Part shown: one piece after another, positions 41,246 through 56,046 of the stretch
Position numbering within the stretch: the stretch's first letter is position 1
Layout of the letters: every line of letters starts with the position of its first letter
Assembly: GCA_964016885.1 (NCBI GenBank)
Contig: CAXHJY010001203.1
Coordinates: 1 to 64,000, forward strand
Source: Eledone cirrhosa
Lineage: Eukaryota
Length of the DNA: 64,000 nucleotides
Reading direction: 5' to 3'
Translations under genes and position numbers: made by a program
Notes under the pieces: model-generated
The model's input: only the letters and a program-made list of their open reading frames with translations
Told to the model about the DNA's origin: nothing
The model's database searches: none

Positions 41246-44200
41246 AACACACACATTTACATATATACATACACACACATATATATATGGGCTTTCCAGT
41301 TTCATTTCACATTATATACAAGTCTGTGTACATTTTAATTATTTAAAAATTATTTTTAAATGAACATGTTTTAAAAAAAAACATTTTGAAATGAACGTGA
41401 CTCAACGTGTCGCGGGTGGTCTAGTTATTAGTAATAATCATTTCTTAAGTTAGGGACGAAATTAACTTTTCCCAGCATTGACACAAGGCCAGGCATTTGG
41501 GAGAAGGAGAAAGTCAATTATATCGACCCCATCACTTAACTGGTACTTAATTTTATTGACCCCGTAAAGATGAAAGGCAAAGTTGACCTCGGCGGGATTT
41601 GAACGCACAACCTAGAAAGTTGTAACTAAATACTGCAAAGCATTTTGTCCGACGCCTTACTTATGCTGCCAACCCCACTTAGATATGGAATAATACATTT
41701 CTAATAGTTCTATTTGTAATTAATCATTTGCTAAATCATTGGCGCAGAGTTAGAAGATGGTGATAATTACTATAGAACCAGCGATTACTATAGAACCAGG
41801 TCACTGAATGAAATCGACCTTAACACTCTGATCGAACAGACCAGACCTAGAATTATCTCATCTTATTTTTTCCCAGATCTAACGTCTTCAGTTCCCCATT
41901 ATGCATTATGTTGATTCTTGTTTTTAATGTCTAGCGGGTCGAGCGGCACCTTCATCGACTCAACGCGGTTTCTCATACTGCAGAATCTATGATCAACAGA
42001 GTTTCTACTGTGACTATCCCCTCATTTTTTCCAGTCATAACGTTTGTTGGTCTACATTATGATGGAGCATAATTATGAACAAAAGCGTTTCAGTCGTGTC
42101 TATCCTTGTTTCTTTTTTCATTTATAAATTCTTTAAGCCTTATATTATCCAGTGGATCAATGGTAAACTGTGACTTTGGAAGATTTGGCTGCTGTTTCTA
42201 GCAAGTTGAGTGACCACGTATTGGCCTTGTCTTTTACTTGTCACGGTTAAAGCTCAATCACTTCCCTTAGATTATAGAGCGCACTTGTCTAGTCAGATGA
42301 AACCCAATCCCATTATTAACAATAGCGAGATTAGAAGTAAGTTTCCTGTACGCCAAGGCTACGAGAGTCTTGATTCATGACATTAGTTGTTTCTTTTCAC
42401 TTACAGTGTTTATTATCTGGTGCAAAGCATGCACAATGTTCTTAGATATCCATGCAGTGATCATCAGAATCATAGTGGTGTTGTAACCAGTCCTATCATT
42501 TAGGAATTCCGATGTTTACTCTTTGTTCTCAGCGCTGGTCTTTCACTCAAATGATATACACACACTTCGTTTAAAGTCTATATATATAACATAAAAAGTT
42601 GTTTTGGGAATTTTTCCAATCTATATTTCTTTTACATCTGATTACAAATTGTAATGGGGTTTATTAAAAATAAATACGTATAAAACTAACTAATTTTATT
42701 TTATCTTATTCTTTTATCAGTTTCAGTCATTTGTGTCTGTAGCAATGTCTAAAATGGTTTTAGTCAATGATTACATGAGTGACACATCTAAGATTAAACG
42801 GAGCTGCAGTGAAGCGCAACAAATATTACAGGTTCAGACAGCGAAACCTAATAGTTTTTTTTTTTTTAATGTATTAATTTATAATCAATCAGGAATTTAC
42901 AAGTAAAATATCTAATATATTCTAATTATAAATCAATGAAGCTTAAGAAAAATAAAATACAACTTAATTCAATGTCTCGGAGAAGAAAACCTTAAATTAA
43001 AATGATTAACGAGAAATATTTTAGTTATAGTTAAAATATAACGTATGGAGGGTTGTTACATTGAATACTAGCAATGCTCTTTGTTAAAAAAGAAAATTGT
43101 TTTTATACGAGTTACCAAATTAATCAAAATACACTATAGAAAATATTCTTCAACCAGAGCATTCATGCAGTGCAAATAATATAAGGATTGATTAATACTA
43201 ATATTCCACAATGTCCTCCATTTTGATATGTTAACATTTCATTAATATATCAAAAATCGAGAAAGTTCCGCGTGAGACTCGGTAAGAGAAAAGTTGAAAG
43301 GATTATTGACAGATTGTTTAGCTGAGCAGTAAAGCGGACCACTGACGTTTCACACGTCGTAGTTCAGCTCAAAGGATATGAGATATAATGAAGGCTGCAA
43401 AAGAAAGATAGGAGATTAGTTTTCTAAGATCGGTTATCTTGTAGGAAAATTTGTGAATAATATCTAGTTTTTACACCGAGGCTGCGTATTCTAGAGAATA
43501 ATGATCGAGTAAACATATCAATCATGTTGGTCATTTCAACGTCTGACCCAGCTGAGATAAAAGGATAAACAGAATTTCCAATTTTCTTTTATGACTTTCA
43601 TGTTGATGTTACTAAAACCCAAAACAACAAAAATGCGGGAAGTAGCATCATTTACAGAGTAAAGGTTTGTTTCGCTCGTCTCCATATAAATAGAATCAGT
43701 AGCTGGAGGCAAAGTAAAGACATTTTTATTGGTAAAAACAAACCCACTGATACACCAAGGGAGATCCAATTATATACACATTCGTCTGTAGAGAAATTAC
43801 TTAGCATAGAATTAAATATATTACATTTATCTGTTTAGAAAGTAGTGGCGATGCAATTACTTGGTATGATTCTTTACAAAAGGATGTCGATGTCCGTTTA
43901 GATTGCGAGTAAAAGAACTGAAAGGAAAAACGCGTGCACTCCGATTGGCTAAAGTCCAACTTTATCTCTTACAAATAATGGAAACAGTTTAGCAATACAT
44001 CACAGGAGAGAATAACTGGAAGTAGGTGATACACAGGTACGCCTACTGTATGAAAACGTAATAGTAAAGTGTCTCCGAGTACAAATGATCTAATAAGCCA
44101 AGAGATTTTAATTAATTTAAATAACATTAATGATATTCTAAACCATTAATTGACTACATATAGAATACAGTGGGACATGAATCTGATCTGTAGCAAAACG

Positions 44201-44408
44201 GTAACAAGTTGGTGAACAATAGTGTCGTTGTTTAGTAGTTTCCAATAAGCCAATCAGTGGTTCACTGTACTTCTGATATGGAGAGGGACACGGATATAGC
44301 TATGTAAGTTACTGCTGAACAAAATATAAAGGACTTCGTTTGAAAAAATCAAAAGATATATAGATAAATAGACACACGTGCACTCACACACACGCGCGCA
44401 CACACACG

Positions 44409-44532
<124 letters not shown>

Positions 44533-44631
44533 TGACTTTTTGCTCAATTTTCGTCGATCAAATTTCGCTCAGAAATCAGTGTTTAAAATTAACACTATGG
44601 TAGAAAATGGTACCTTATGGTGCCATGTAAG

Positions 44632-45267
44632 CAGGGCCGGATTTAGACCTTGGGAGGCCCGGGATAGTTCAAGGTTTGCAGGGGCGGGAGCTTATACAAA
44701 AAAAAAAAAAGAATACACAGCAAACCCCAAATTTTATATATCAAAGTCATTAGAATTGAAAAGTTATACACGAAGGTATTAAATTTAAAAAATCTAACAA
44801 TCCTCATTTTACGTCCACTTTCCACACAGATTGTCACAGTCTGAGACCTGACATATCGGAGTGATCTCATCTTACTCATACATTACATATGTGACATGGT
44901 TTCTATGGCTGGAGGCCCTTCCTAACAAACACTTTAGAGTGTTTACTGGGTGCATTGTTTTTATGATACCAGCACAACCACTTTACACAGTTTACTAGGT
45001 ATATTGTATCACGGCTCCATCACTAATTTTGATGACTCCATGTAAGCAACATCAAATCTCTAGAGTTGAGAAAATTTGATGAATTTTGCCGCAGCAAGGA
45101 CATTAAATACTTTTTATTAAAAATATAGTTCTCATTCTAAAAGGGATAAAACTGAAATGCTCAGCAGAAGGCATAAATGAATTGCTACGGCCGTCGCTGG
45201 TACCCCCACCCCACTGTGGCAGGCCCAGAGCAATTTTCCCCTTTGCCCCTGATTAAATCCAGCCCTG
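44632..45267. mobile_element. Non-autonomous hAT-type DNA transposon (MITE) inserted in a SINE
   Basis: TIRs cagggccggattta / taaatccagccctg; imperfect 8-bp TSD catgtaag / catgtagc. Confidence 0.75.
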
Positions 45268-45426
45268 CATGTAGCAGGATCGAACCCAGAACAATGTAGT
45301 TGTGAAGTGAACTTCTAAGCTACAGAGTTATAACTGCACCTATATTATTGACTACAGGCCAGCCCTTATCAAGCGCATCTAGGTTTAAGTACCAACCTTG
45401 ATAAAGTCCCCTTATTTTCACACATA

Positions 45427-45497
<71 letters not shown>

Positions 45498-46212
45498 ATG
45501 AATACATTATTTCAATGTGGATTTCTTTTTGACTTTTTCCTCAGATGTGGTTTGAAGGAAATTTGGATACCAAGTAATAGATAAAGACTTCCTGTTTTCC
45601 TCGCATCAATACTGATTTATATCTACTGAAAGGATATTTAAACCAAAACTTTATTATGTAATATTAAAAATATAATATCTAACAAAGACACAAAGCTACA
45701 AATCTAGAGGTGGGTGGGTAGTCGATTAAATCAATTCCCAGTACATAACTGGTACTTTGTTTTATGGAAACCGGGAAGATAAACGATAAAGTTGTCCTCG
45801 GTGAGATTTGAACTCAGAAAGTAAATAATGGAATAATTACCGTATGGCATTTTGTTTGGCGCTCTCACAATTCTGTCAACACCTAATAGTTGGAAAATAT
45901 TAATACAGCGAAATATTAGTTAATTTACAAAACAACTTCTTTATCATACAAATCTGCTTCCCTCATCACCCGCCTCATCACCCGCATTGTATCTTCATTA
46001 CTGCTACTCGGCGTTTTCGTGTCTTGCAAGAAAATTTTATTATTGAACATCAAAAATAATCGATCGTCAGCACAACAAAAGTCTCTACATTTTTATACAA
46101 CTTACATTACTTTGATTGAAGATGTTGGAGTTGCTATTTATCTATTTATTTATTTGCGTTCGAGCCAAGAGGCTGACGCCATGCTGGTACCGCCACTAAT
46201 GCTACACTTTCT

Positions 46213-46335
46213 ATAGCCAGTCTTCCCTGGTTGGCCATTGGTGAAAAGGGGAGTTTGTTGCTGCTGCTCTTGTTTCTACTTCGCCTTGTGCTGCGGGTTC
46301 ATCCGGAATGTTGGTCAGTAGATTGCCGAGATGTC
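46213..46335 (-). pseudogene. 3' end of a CR1-like LINE ORF2
   Basis: VDAFRRHLGNLLTNIPDEP...RAAATNSPFHQ resembles the invertebrate CR1 C-terminus FK..LD..L..IPDEP...RAA.SNSL..Q. Confidence 0.65.
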
Positions 46336-47151
46336 TCCTGAAAGCATCTACATTGTTGTACGTATTACATACACACACATAAGCACCACATACACACGCA
46401 TATAGATATGAAAGAGAAGTAGTGGAGATAAGCGAGGCTGCTAGTAAACATTGCCTCGGACAATGGCTACAGAATAATTGAGTCACACATCTTTATTTTA
46501 CATTCTATTTATTAAATCTCTTCTGAAGATACTTATTTGTGGATGAAGGATATTAGGCTATAATTTCTCACTATTCTCCTAAATGAAATGTCATGATTGA
46601 AGTAAAATAACGGAAATTAAATATACTTCAAATTTATTAATGTAAAAGACAAAAAAGAAAAAGAAAAAGAAAAAGAAAAAGAAAAAGAAAAAGAAAAAGA
46701 GAATTTTAGTAATCATCTAATTAAATTATATTTAACTTCACTACATCTCAGTTCATTTATTTATATTTAAAAGCTACAGCAACCATTTTGTCTTTTAAAC
46801 ATACTGACGCCTGCAAATAGTTGGGATCCTTGAATATTTGCGTGTAAGAGGAGATGTTATATGTAAATATGCGAGGGATATTATGAGTAATGTTTTGGCA
46901 CACTGAACATTTACATTAGTGAAAGTTATGAATGATGATAATCCCTTTAAAATATTTCTGGTAATCGACAACAGTAAGACCTAGTTATATTTTGTGGCTA
47001 TGTTCCCCTATTTGTAGATATATATCATAAAGAAATTACAGTTTCATAGGAAACAACCTATCAGCTTCGCCCGTTATAACAGCTCGTTCTCCAATTAAAT
47101 GAAAGTAGCTTAAGCATTTTGTAAACAGCAAAATATCTCTGTTTAATATGG

Positions 47152-47568
47152 TGTAGCGGCCCCTTACGGCTGTAACTCAGCCCGTATAGGAGTTACGCCC
47201 CTTTGTGACGGTCGTGACTCCCAGTGGCAGATCCATGTACTAAATGGAGTTGCGTCCCCCTGGGGACTATATATTTGAGATCGTGAGGCAATTCTCTCTC
47301 ACTTCCTTCGCCCGCAACAAGAACACCTCAGACCGTGTCAAGAGATGACTCTGTCTCACTTCCTGCGACGGCAGCCTAAAGAAACACTTGAACCTTACCA
47401 AGAGAAGATTTCTGTTCTTCTCCACACACTTCGGTCTGGGAGTTGTGACCAACTGACCATCAACATGTGGTAACAATTATTTATATCAATTTATTTGACT
47501 TCTGTGAAGTAAAACCATGTCACAACACTCACCTGCATTTATTGTCATTCTTAAATATATATATATAC
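47152..47568 (+). mobile_element. Probable solo LTR
   Basis: Starts TGTAGCG, GC-richer body, TATA-like box at ~47268, AGTAAA at ~47508, ends ..TACA. No clear TSD. Confidence 0.4.
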
Positions 47569-49784
47569 ACTGATACTAATATCCTAAAATGGCTTCTCTT
47601 GACTGTTACTTCAATAATAATTATGTCCATGATATAAAGTCTTATCTGTTTGTTTTCACATGTATAATGCTATTAGTATATATTATAGTATACACAACAG
47701 AAAGAATGTGTGTGTATATTTCAACATATATGTGATATAGATTAGCTTGGAGCACAGGCATTTTCAATAGATTTTATTTTTGGTACATTACTGCAAATAA
47801 TGCAACCAGTAGAGACAAGAAGAAACAGATTAATATGTGTAAATATGTTGTGTGTGTGCGTGTGTGTCTGTGTGTGTGCGCGCGGGCGGGCGGGTGGTTG
47901 GGAGGGTCTTTTAGTGTGTATTCACAGATAAAAGGACTGCCTATAACCTTTTCCATAGTCTCGCAGACTGGTGGAAGTGGGGTATTGGGGTATCCTCAAA
48001 CCGGAGCCTTGTCCTGAATATCTGTAAGAGAGTGGACTCAAGGCGACGGATTAAGTCTTCCACCCAAGTAAGCCACGGAAAGATCTAAGTTTAGGATGCA
48101 AAAAGCAATACCGCAAGGTATCTCGTCCAACGTTTAAGCTATTCTACCAAGTACTGTCATGAGTTGGTGCTTTATGTTATCGGCCCTGAAAGGATGAAAG
48201 GTAATGGATGATTTCAGCGAGATTCGAACTGATGATCTGAGAACGTAGGGAGCCGGAACGAGTAGCGTAAAGCTTTACGATCTATGCTTTGACTACGTTT
48301 TGGAAATTGTGTGCTTCTTTTTACGAAATTGTTCTTGCAATGTCAACATTGCGGCTCTACGTTGAATTTGTTTGTGTAGTTAATGTTATTTAGCCCAGGT
48401 TAGCGATGATCGAGCATACCTATAATCAAACGCCTTTTAAACACAATGTATCTATGCCTACATTATAGAATTTGTCTTACATTTTCTTTATAAGATAGTA
48501 GGTTGTGATTTCAGGGAGATTTATGGCATATTGGACATTCACAATGAGTTAGCTCCTTGGATCGTTTATCACTCTGCTTCGTGTGAATTTTAAGCTATGC
48601 TCTAATTGAGGAGCTGCTATTTAGACAGCTCTAGCTTGGAAACAGTTGACGGTATCAGCTATATTGCAAGAACACTAAGAAGTGGGGAAGGGAGTTTACC
48701 GGTTAGTTCCATTTGCTATAAATAGCAGTCAAAACTCTCTCAATTTACACCTCATAATCTTTTTAAAAAGGAAAGGACACATAAAATCATGTAGTCTGAG
48801 ATGATACTAAAGAGACTGGTTGTTCACAATTAAAATTTCTTTGCCCGTATCTCTGCAAGTTCAGGGCTTACCAGGGTTAACCATTAAATTACTCTATATA
48901 TACTATTGTATTTTTGTAGTAAAGGTTTTATCTTATATAATTATCTTACATAATATCAAATTTTGATATCTATATTGAGAAAAATACCTTAATGTCAGTA
49001 TGAGCAACTAGTTACAGCCAGTTTGAACAGAAAGTGGTGAGAGAATTCTGGCCAGATATGGCCGGTTTAAATGCTAAAGTATTAAACTACTGCTGCTGCT
49101 GAATTGTATTTTTTATTTCGGCTAAAGTGAGATTTCGGTTATTTTGGAGGTCTTTCTTTTCTGCACTATTACCTATATTCATGTGAATCAATCTTAACTC
49201 TTGTATTGCATTTATACAGATCACCCTGGTTTATATCTATTTTTTCCATCTTTTACCCCGTTTTTATTTCTCTCGACACTTTCTAAGAGTGTGTATGAGT
49301 ACATGTACACGTATCTGTCTCTGTCTTTCTCTGATTATTGATAACCCGGAGTTAAATAATGTTTTAACTAAAAATAAAAAATAAAAATACTAATGTCCAT
49401 CAGAGTGTTGTAAAACGATGAGACTTGATATATATTGTATTACATGCTAACAGCCTGGATGCCTACTGGAGAAATCAGAGCTTTATGTTAAATCACTTAC
49501 TTCTACCTCACTCCAGTTTCTCAACCCTTTGCAGATGGGAAAAGATGATTAAGTTGGAGAAAGTAGGTGATAATAAACGCATTCAGAGGTCATAGAATCC
49601 CCTGCAACATTCTACTGCTTATATGGAGGAAATTGAATACAGGCAAAATTAGACTAAAACAAATTGGCTTGTCAGAACCTGTTGACTTTATCATCACCAT
49701 CTGGGTGATATGGAAACTGCGTACAACGTTGTATCATAAAATATGGCGAGGGAGAAAAACGATGGGAATCAGAGAGAGAGAGAA

Positions 49785-50025
49785 AAAACAGATATAGACT
49801 GCACGTATATAGACAGACAGAAAACAGATATAGGCTGCACGTATATAGACAGACAGAAAACAGATATAGGCTGCACGTATCGACAACGGGAGGAAGATAT
49901 ATATATATATATAAAAAATATATATAGGTATATAAGAGGCAGAGAAAGAGAGGGAGAGAGGGTGTGTGTGTAGGGAGAGACAGACAGAAAACAGACATAG
50001 GCTGCACGTATCGACAGCACGAGGA

Positions 50026-50030
<5 letters not shown>
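49785..50030. repeat. Short minisatellite, ~36-bp unit cagatataggctgcacgtatatagacagacagaaaa
   Basis: Three tandem units plus a displaced fourth. Confidence 0.8.
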
Positions 50031-50103
<73 letters not shown>

Positions 50104-51910
50104 ATGAGGCGGGAGAAACACTATTGAATGGGGAAGAGGGACTTGGAAAGTATTGTGAAGGACAATAGGTGTTATAAAAGGGGAAAAAATAACGACTGAA
50201 AGTTGAAAGGGAATTCTCAGCAATGTCAATAGATTCGAGTAAAGTAGTTCAAGGGTGAAGCTAAAAATAAAGAAAAGAATAAAATAAAAGAAAAGAAAAA
50301 AGAAATAAAATATGGGTGAGAGTGAGAGAAAGAGAGATAAGGCAGAGAAGGGAAGTAAAGAAAGCTGCTTGACTGGTAATGCAGAAGAAAAGAAGACGAT
50401 GAAGGTGATAGAATATCTGTTAATAGTCTGGTGGTTGTACGTGTTCAATGTTGTGAAAGGATTGAAGAAGGAAACGAGATGGGAATGGGATGAAAACTGT
50501 GAGGTTGAACTGTCAACTTGACATATTGGCCAGATAACATTTGACGTACAGTATAAATTAAAAAAGATACAAAAGAAAAGATAAATACCACAAATCAAGA
50601 TACACACGCACAAACAGACACACATTTTCCTCTGTTACGTTTAGATATCTATCTATCTTCTCTGAAGTAGAGTCGCAATGATCGCCTGTCTAAGGCATCA
50701 GTTTTTTCTTCTCTGTGGAAGTTCCAAGAATTGATGTAGATCGAAGGTAGTTATTTTTAGAAGTAGAATAATCATAGAATAATAGAAATAATTCGAAAAT
50801 CTGTGGTTTATAATGTTATTCCACAAATAACATTCTCACATTTACGAGGGATAATAATATATCACGTAACTTAGTATTGGCATATTTAATACAGAGAGCG
50901 TTAAAGAGCTAATTAGAAATAATTGTAGGGCAAAGAAAAATATTAGTACACTGGTAGGAAGAGTGGTGGGTAGAGCGCTGGAGAATTCACGCTCCGAGTT
51001 CAAATCTGGCCGAGGTAAATGTTGTCTTCGGCCTACTCGGGTCAAAATATACAAATTACTAGTCAAGTACTGAGATCGATATAATCGACTGTTCACGTCA
51101 AAAATTGGTGGTGCATGGGGGCATGCACCACCAATTTTTGACGTGTGATTATTTTAGAAACATTCATACTGAAATCAGTATGCACGGGAGATAACACGAG
51201 ATTTGTTAGTCTTATTTTGAGTTCATCAGCGAAGCATAAGCTTCCCTTTCTTTACCGGAATAGCGTTGGGAAGACTATTAATAGTAAATTTTGCTGAATG
51301 TAAACTTCTTGGCATGAAAAACGAGTGGCCATTTGCATGACAAACAATAGTTAAGTTAAGGTCAGCACTTTAGATGTGGACAGCATTAAAGAGCTCACCA
51401 ACAATTGTTATGTGATAATAGTTATGTAATTGGGTATTACTATTTGATACTTTTCAACAAGTATTGGAGATCGATATAATCGACTGGACATGATTTGGTA
51501 ATATTATGATCTCATCGGTAGAGGGTCGCTCGCCATGCTTTGACGCATAGAGTTACGGCCCTTGCCATTCTGAGTTCAAATCCCGCCGAGGTTAACTTTG
51601 CCTTTCATCCTTATGAGGTCGATAAAATAAAGTACCAGTAATACACTGTGTAATTGCTGGCCTTGTACCAAAAGAAGAAACAATTATGATCTCTTCAGAA
51701 AAAAAAAAAAAATTAAAATAATATTAGTCGAAATTATTAATCTTTTTTTTTTTTTCAAATCTCACCGCTTGATTATTTCTGTGGAAAATTTAAATGTTTC
51801 TGACATAGAATAATTTATTATTACCTTAGTTATCGGTTCATAACAGAAGGTGGTTAGTTAATGTGGTGTGGTAAATAAATATATACATATATACCAGGTC
51901 AGAACATAAT

Positions 51911-52090
51911 TGTTTCTACTTTTGGCACAAGGCCAGCAATTAACCAGTGCATTACTGGTACTTTATTTTATCGACCGCGTAAGGATGAAAGGCAAAGTTA
52001 ACCTCGGCAGGATTTGAACTCAGACCGTAAAGGGACGTAACTATGCTGGAAAGCATGGTGTCCAACCCTCTACCGATACTGTCAATTCAC
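51911..52090 (-). mobile_element. Young SINE copy with 18-bp TSD
   Basis: TSD accaggtc(a/c)gaacataat at 51893-51910 and 52091-52108; interrupts the repeat family of 18430-19385. Confidence 0.9.
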
Positions 52091-54639
52091 ACCAGGTCCG
52101 AACATAATGGAACCAAATTCCCACTGTCACTGCTTCCGTCTCTCCCGCTCTCACCAACTCTCACTATTGTGAGCAAATGGAGACTCACGTCTTTAAACAA
52201 TTCTACTTTACTATGCCAATCAGTATACACTTCTTTCTGGTGACGCTGTTGACTGTGAAGCCTGTTTTCAGTTTAGTATATTACATTACTCTGTTTAACC
52301 TTCTGTTTGCTTTTAACTGATTCTTAGTTGAGTAAACTTTCACTAGCTCTCTGAAGTCTTAGTTTTTAAATGGTGGGAGGGAGAGCATTTGTTTTCAAAC
52401 CAGATTTTCTGTCATATTTTCTTGGTGAAGTCTTTACTTTGAATGTATGTGCACACATCCTTGTTGATTTCTGTAACTTGAACCCATGTTTTTTCAGGTT
52501 CTTTTCTCTTTAATATACATTTATCAGTGGATTGAAAGTGATAACTAATGTTCGAAATAGATCCTCTGCCTTTCGCTACAGTTTAAGTTTCTAACAATTA
52601 CTTCCTTTGTAGTTATTTTGTTATTTTAAGTATTATTGTTTTGGGGGAGCAGTCCCCTTGTGCGTGTTTTTTTATATTGGCTAAAGAGGAATGGTTGAAG
52701 CTGTTTGGAGGACTCAGGTCGGCATCTGGAAGAAAGATTTTGATTTCGGGTATCGATTTCTTTTAAACATTCGTGTTGGTCCAACTGTTTGTATTATCAA
52801 AACTGACTTAAATCAATGATTCGATCCGAATCAATCGTTTTCTTGAATAGATTACTTATATCTAATCCCTGCTAAATAATCAATGCTTAGATCAGGCCTA
52901 AACTTTTGTTGCATTTTTCCCTTTGGCCAGTAATATCTTCTGCTATAAAGTATAGGGGTCTTCAATTTCTGTTGTTGTTGCTGCTGTTTTTCTTCTTTTG
53001 TTTCAGTTTATTGATCAAATGCTAAGTTTCAAAAATAGGTCTCTATATAAATGAAAATTAAACAAACATAAAACATTGTTATCTAGAACTCAAGTAACAT
53101 TAAACTGAATAGGTTTGTTTCTGTTGGAAAAAAATTATCTCTATAGCTTGGCTGTTTTTTAAAAATCTTTCTCAGTAGTAGCCATATTAGATCTTCAGTA
53201 ACGACAGAGGGACTGACGTCTCTTAGTAGTTTTAACATATCTAGTTGGTGAATTGAGGTTCTCTAACAAAATAAATAAAGTGAGTGTTGTTTGTGTGTCT
53301 GCAGTGCAGAAGCTAACCGGTTATTTTTCGTAATTACACATAAAACCACATTGGGACAAATTATGTAATGGCAGGAAACTAGTAAAAGAAATCTATTAGC
53401 CAAGGGATAATCCTTTCTGTTATAATGGGATGTTACATCTGTACGAACGAAGGTAAAGCCAAAGTATTCACCAGATGTAATTTCGAATTAACCACCGAGA
53501 TCACTACAATGATAGTTCATTTCAGTTATTATTTATAAACACTTCGCCTAGTTCACTTTTAGTTACGCGGGGGTGTTCAGGGTTTTTCCGAAAAACAATT
53601 TGAAAATGCATCCACCCTAACCCATTTTATATTGTTTTTAAGTTGTAACTGGCTGAGTCGAAATGCCGGTGATACCAATGCCACAAATAAAAGACTGTTC
53701 ATCTCAATTTCATGGTTCATATAATACGTGCCATAGAAAGGATAGATTATACTATGTATTACAGGTGTAGATTTCATTAGATTGTAATGTTTAATTCATG
53801 TCTTTTCACTATTTATCCACTAATGTTCTCCTTCAGCAAGGAGAGACGAAAATTACTCAACAACATTGATGCTTCGGCAAAACGTCTTTCAGAAGCAATA
53901 AATGAGCACAAAAAATTCTGTTAAATCTGACACCTCCAATTACTTTCTGTTAGTCGTCTCTTCTACAGTTCTGAGTTATTCCACCCAAACATTCCCCACT
54001 CGAACAAATTCTGTTGATTGTTTCACTGTCACTACAAGATTATAAAGGTTAAAGAGTTATTTAATCTTCAGCTTTCCAAGTTTGGTTAAAGCAAAAACAA
54101 ACAAAAAATTTACTAAGTATTTTTTTTAACGTCTCCATCTTTTTGTAAGCTAGGTATCAGTCGATATCGATGTTGACAAAAGAAAAAATTTGTGAGCTGG
54201 ATTTTAAAAAGTAATAATTGATTTTTTTTACTAGAAATGTCAGTATTATAGAGCGTAGACGTCTAGTGGGAAATAAATTCTACCATTACTATTCAAACAC
54301 ATTTAAATATAGCTGATTCGATTATGTCAAAATATTAATTTATATAAATCTTTTAATGCTGTGTTAACATATAACTAAATCATGTTTAATGAACTTGGAG
54401 CTGAATGTTTCACGATTTCAGTTACTTTAATATTTCCTTCCTGCAATAAAAATAAATCTTTTATTTTATAATTTAAAAATGAGGTGTTCAGTAACGTGTT
54501 TATTATTTTCTTTTCTATAGCGCCTTCCTGTTTTGTGGCATGCAAATATACTTCAACATTTTCTAGTAATTCATTTATCGATAATGGAAAGTTTATCCAT
54601 TAATGAAATAATCTCTTAATTAACAGTGAAGCTTCAGAA

Positions 54640-54900
54640 TTATGGGACGAAGATATTAGAAGTCGGGTGTATTTGGTTAAAATGTCCCAGGAAAGAATCG
54701 CTGGACAGATTTTACGGGTAAAACTAACCAGTATGCGACCCAGTGGTGGACCTCGAGCAAGATGGTTGGATAACATCCATAGCTTGACTGGTCTTGCTTG
54801 GGGATCCAGCCGGATCAGTTGGAGACGGTTTCTCCTGACAGGACCTGCTGGAAAGAGTGTTTGAGGACTGTGCCCTCACGACCATCTCAGGAATGAGTGA
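54640..54900 (+). pseudogene. RTE LINE 3'-terminal fragment
   Basis: VKMSQERIAGQILRVKLTSMRPSGGPRARWLDNI. Sister fragment at 63265-63510 with (GAA)n tail. Confidence 0.75.
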
Positions 54901-55764
54901 TCGAATGATAATAATAAGTGTGTATTTAACCTTTTCAAAAGATTGTAAGATGGAATACACATTTTTCGGGGGTGGTAGAGGGTTAATGTTTTGGTATGGA
55001 GGAAGAGACAGCGTGGTTGATGTCCTTGAACAACAGCAGGCTGAAGGCTGCAGAAAGAAAACATTGGCATTCCTGGAGAGGAGGGACGGACATAGTGGTT
55101 TGAGTAGGGATGGAGGAGCGATAAATGGGGCAAGAGAAAAATAACTCTGTTGGTCCTGAGTGGAAAGATGTTAGTCAGATCTGAAAAGGAGAAGCCACTG
55201 TAGAGATGGCTTAAAATCAGAACAAGAGATATAAAAATAGATATCGTAAAATATAACGGTCGGTTTTGTGTTCTTACAAATGCCATCCAGCCACGCATAC
55301 ATAATATTTATTATAATAGAGATTCTTGGCACGACGATTAAGTTAATCGTCTTACTGATTTTAACTAGCATTGAATTGGCAGTATCGGTAGAGGTGTTGG
55401 ACGCCATGCTTTCTAGCACAGTTATGTCCCTTTACGATCTGAGTTCAAATCCCGCCAAGGTTAACTTTGCCATACATCCTTACGGGGTCGATAAAATAAA
55501 GTACCAGTAATACACTGGGTAATTGCTGGCCTTGTGCCTAAAGTAGAAACAATTATCTCATATATATATATATTGCTGAGCCTGTTCAGATTCTCCATGA
55601 CTAGCGAAAGGAAAGGAGGAAAATATCTTTAAGCTGGAAACTTGTTTCGAATGTTTGCAGCAGAATGGACGCCATTGAAGTCTTCCAAGATCTAGGTAGC
55701 GATGTTAAGAACAGGAACTCCCGAGGCATTGATAAAATACACTTGCTAAATGTGCTATCTAAAA

Positions 55765-56046
55765 GTCTAAAGTCTGTCTTAAGTCAGGGGCTCATTTGCC
55801 GGATGCTTATCCCGGTTTCATGGTGTGAAGCAACTGAAAGTACAAGACCCCCTCTCCTGGACAGGTCACCAGTCCATCCGAGGGTTAAACCTCCAGCTAT
55901 TGCTGGTACTCATTTTCAGCTGAGTATACTGGAGCAACGTGAAATGAAGTGTTTTTCTCAAGAACACAACACGCAACCCAGGAATCGAACCCATGACATT
56001 ATGATCGTACGTCCAACACCCTCACCACTAGGCCACGTGCCTCCAC
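55765..56046 (-). mobile_element. tRNA-derived SINE of a second family (Meta/MESC-like core)
   Basis: Minus strand gtggcctagtggtgag (A box), gggttcgattcc (B box), then gtgttcttgagaaaaacacttcatttcacgttgctccag..ctcagctg. Confidence 0.8.

Noticed and set aside
43250-43800. Non-repetitive-looking segment with a 77-aa ORF (43536-43769)
   Set aside because: No recognisable domain or supportable splice structure; a homology search would be needed.
49672-50625. 317-aa hydrophobic ORF
   Set aside because: Antisense of purine-rich low-complexity DNA, a minisatellite and (TA)n; no domain.
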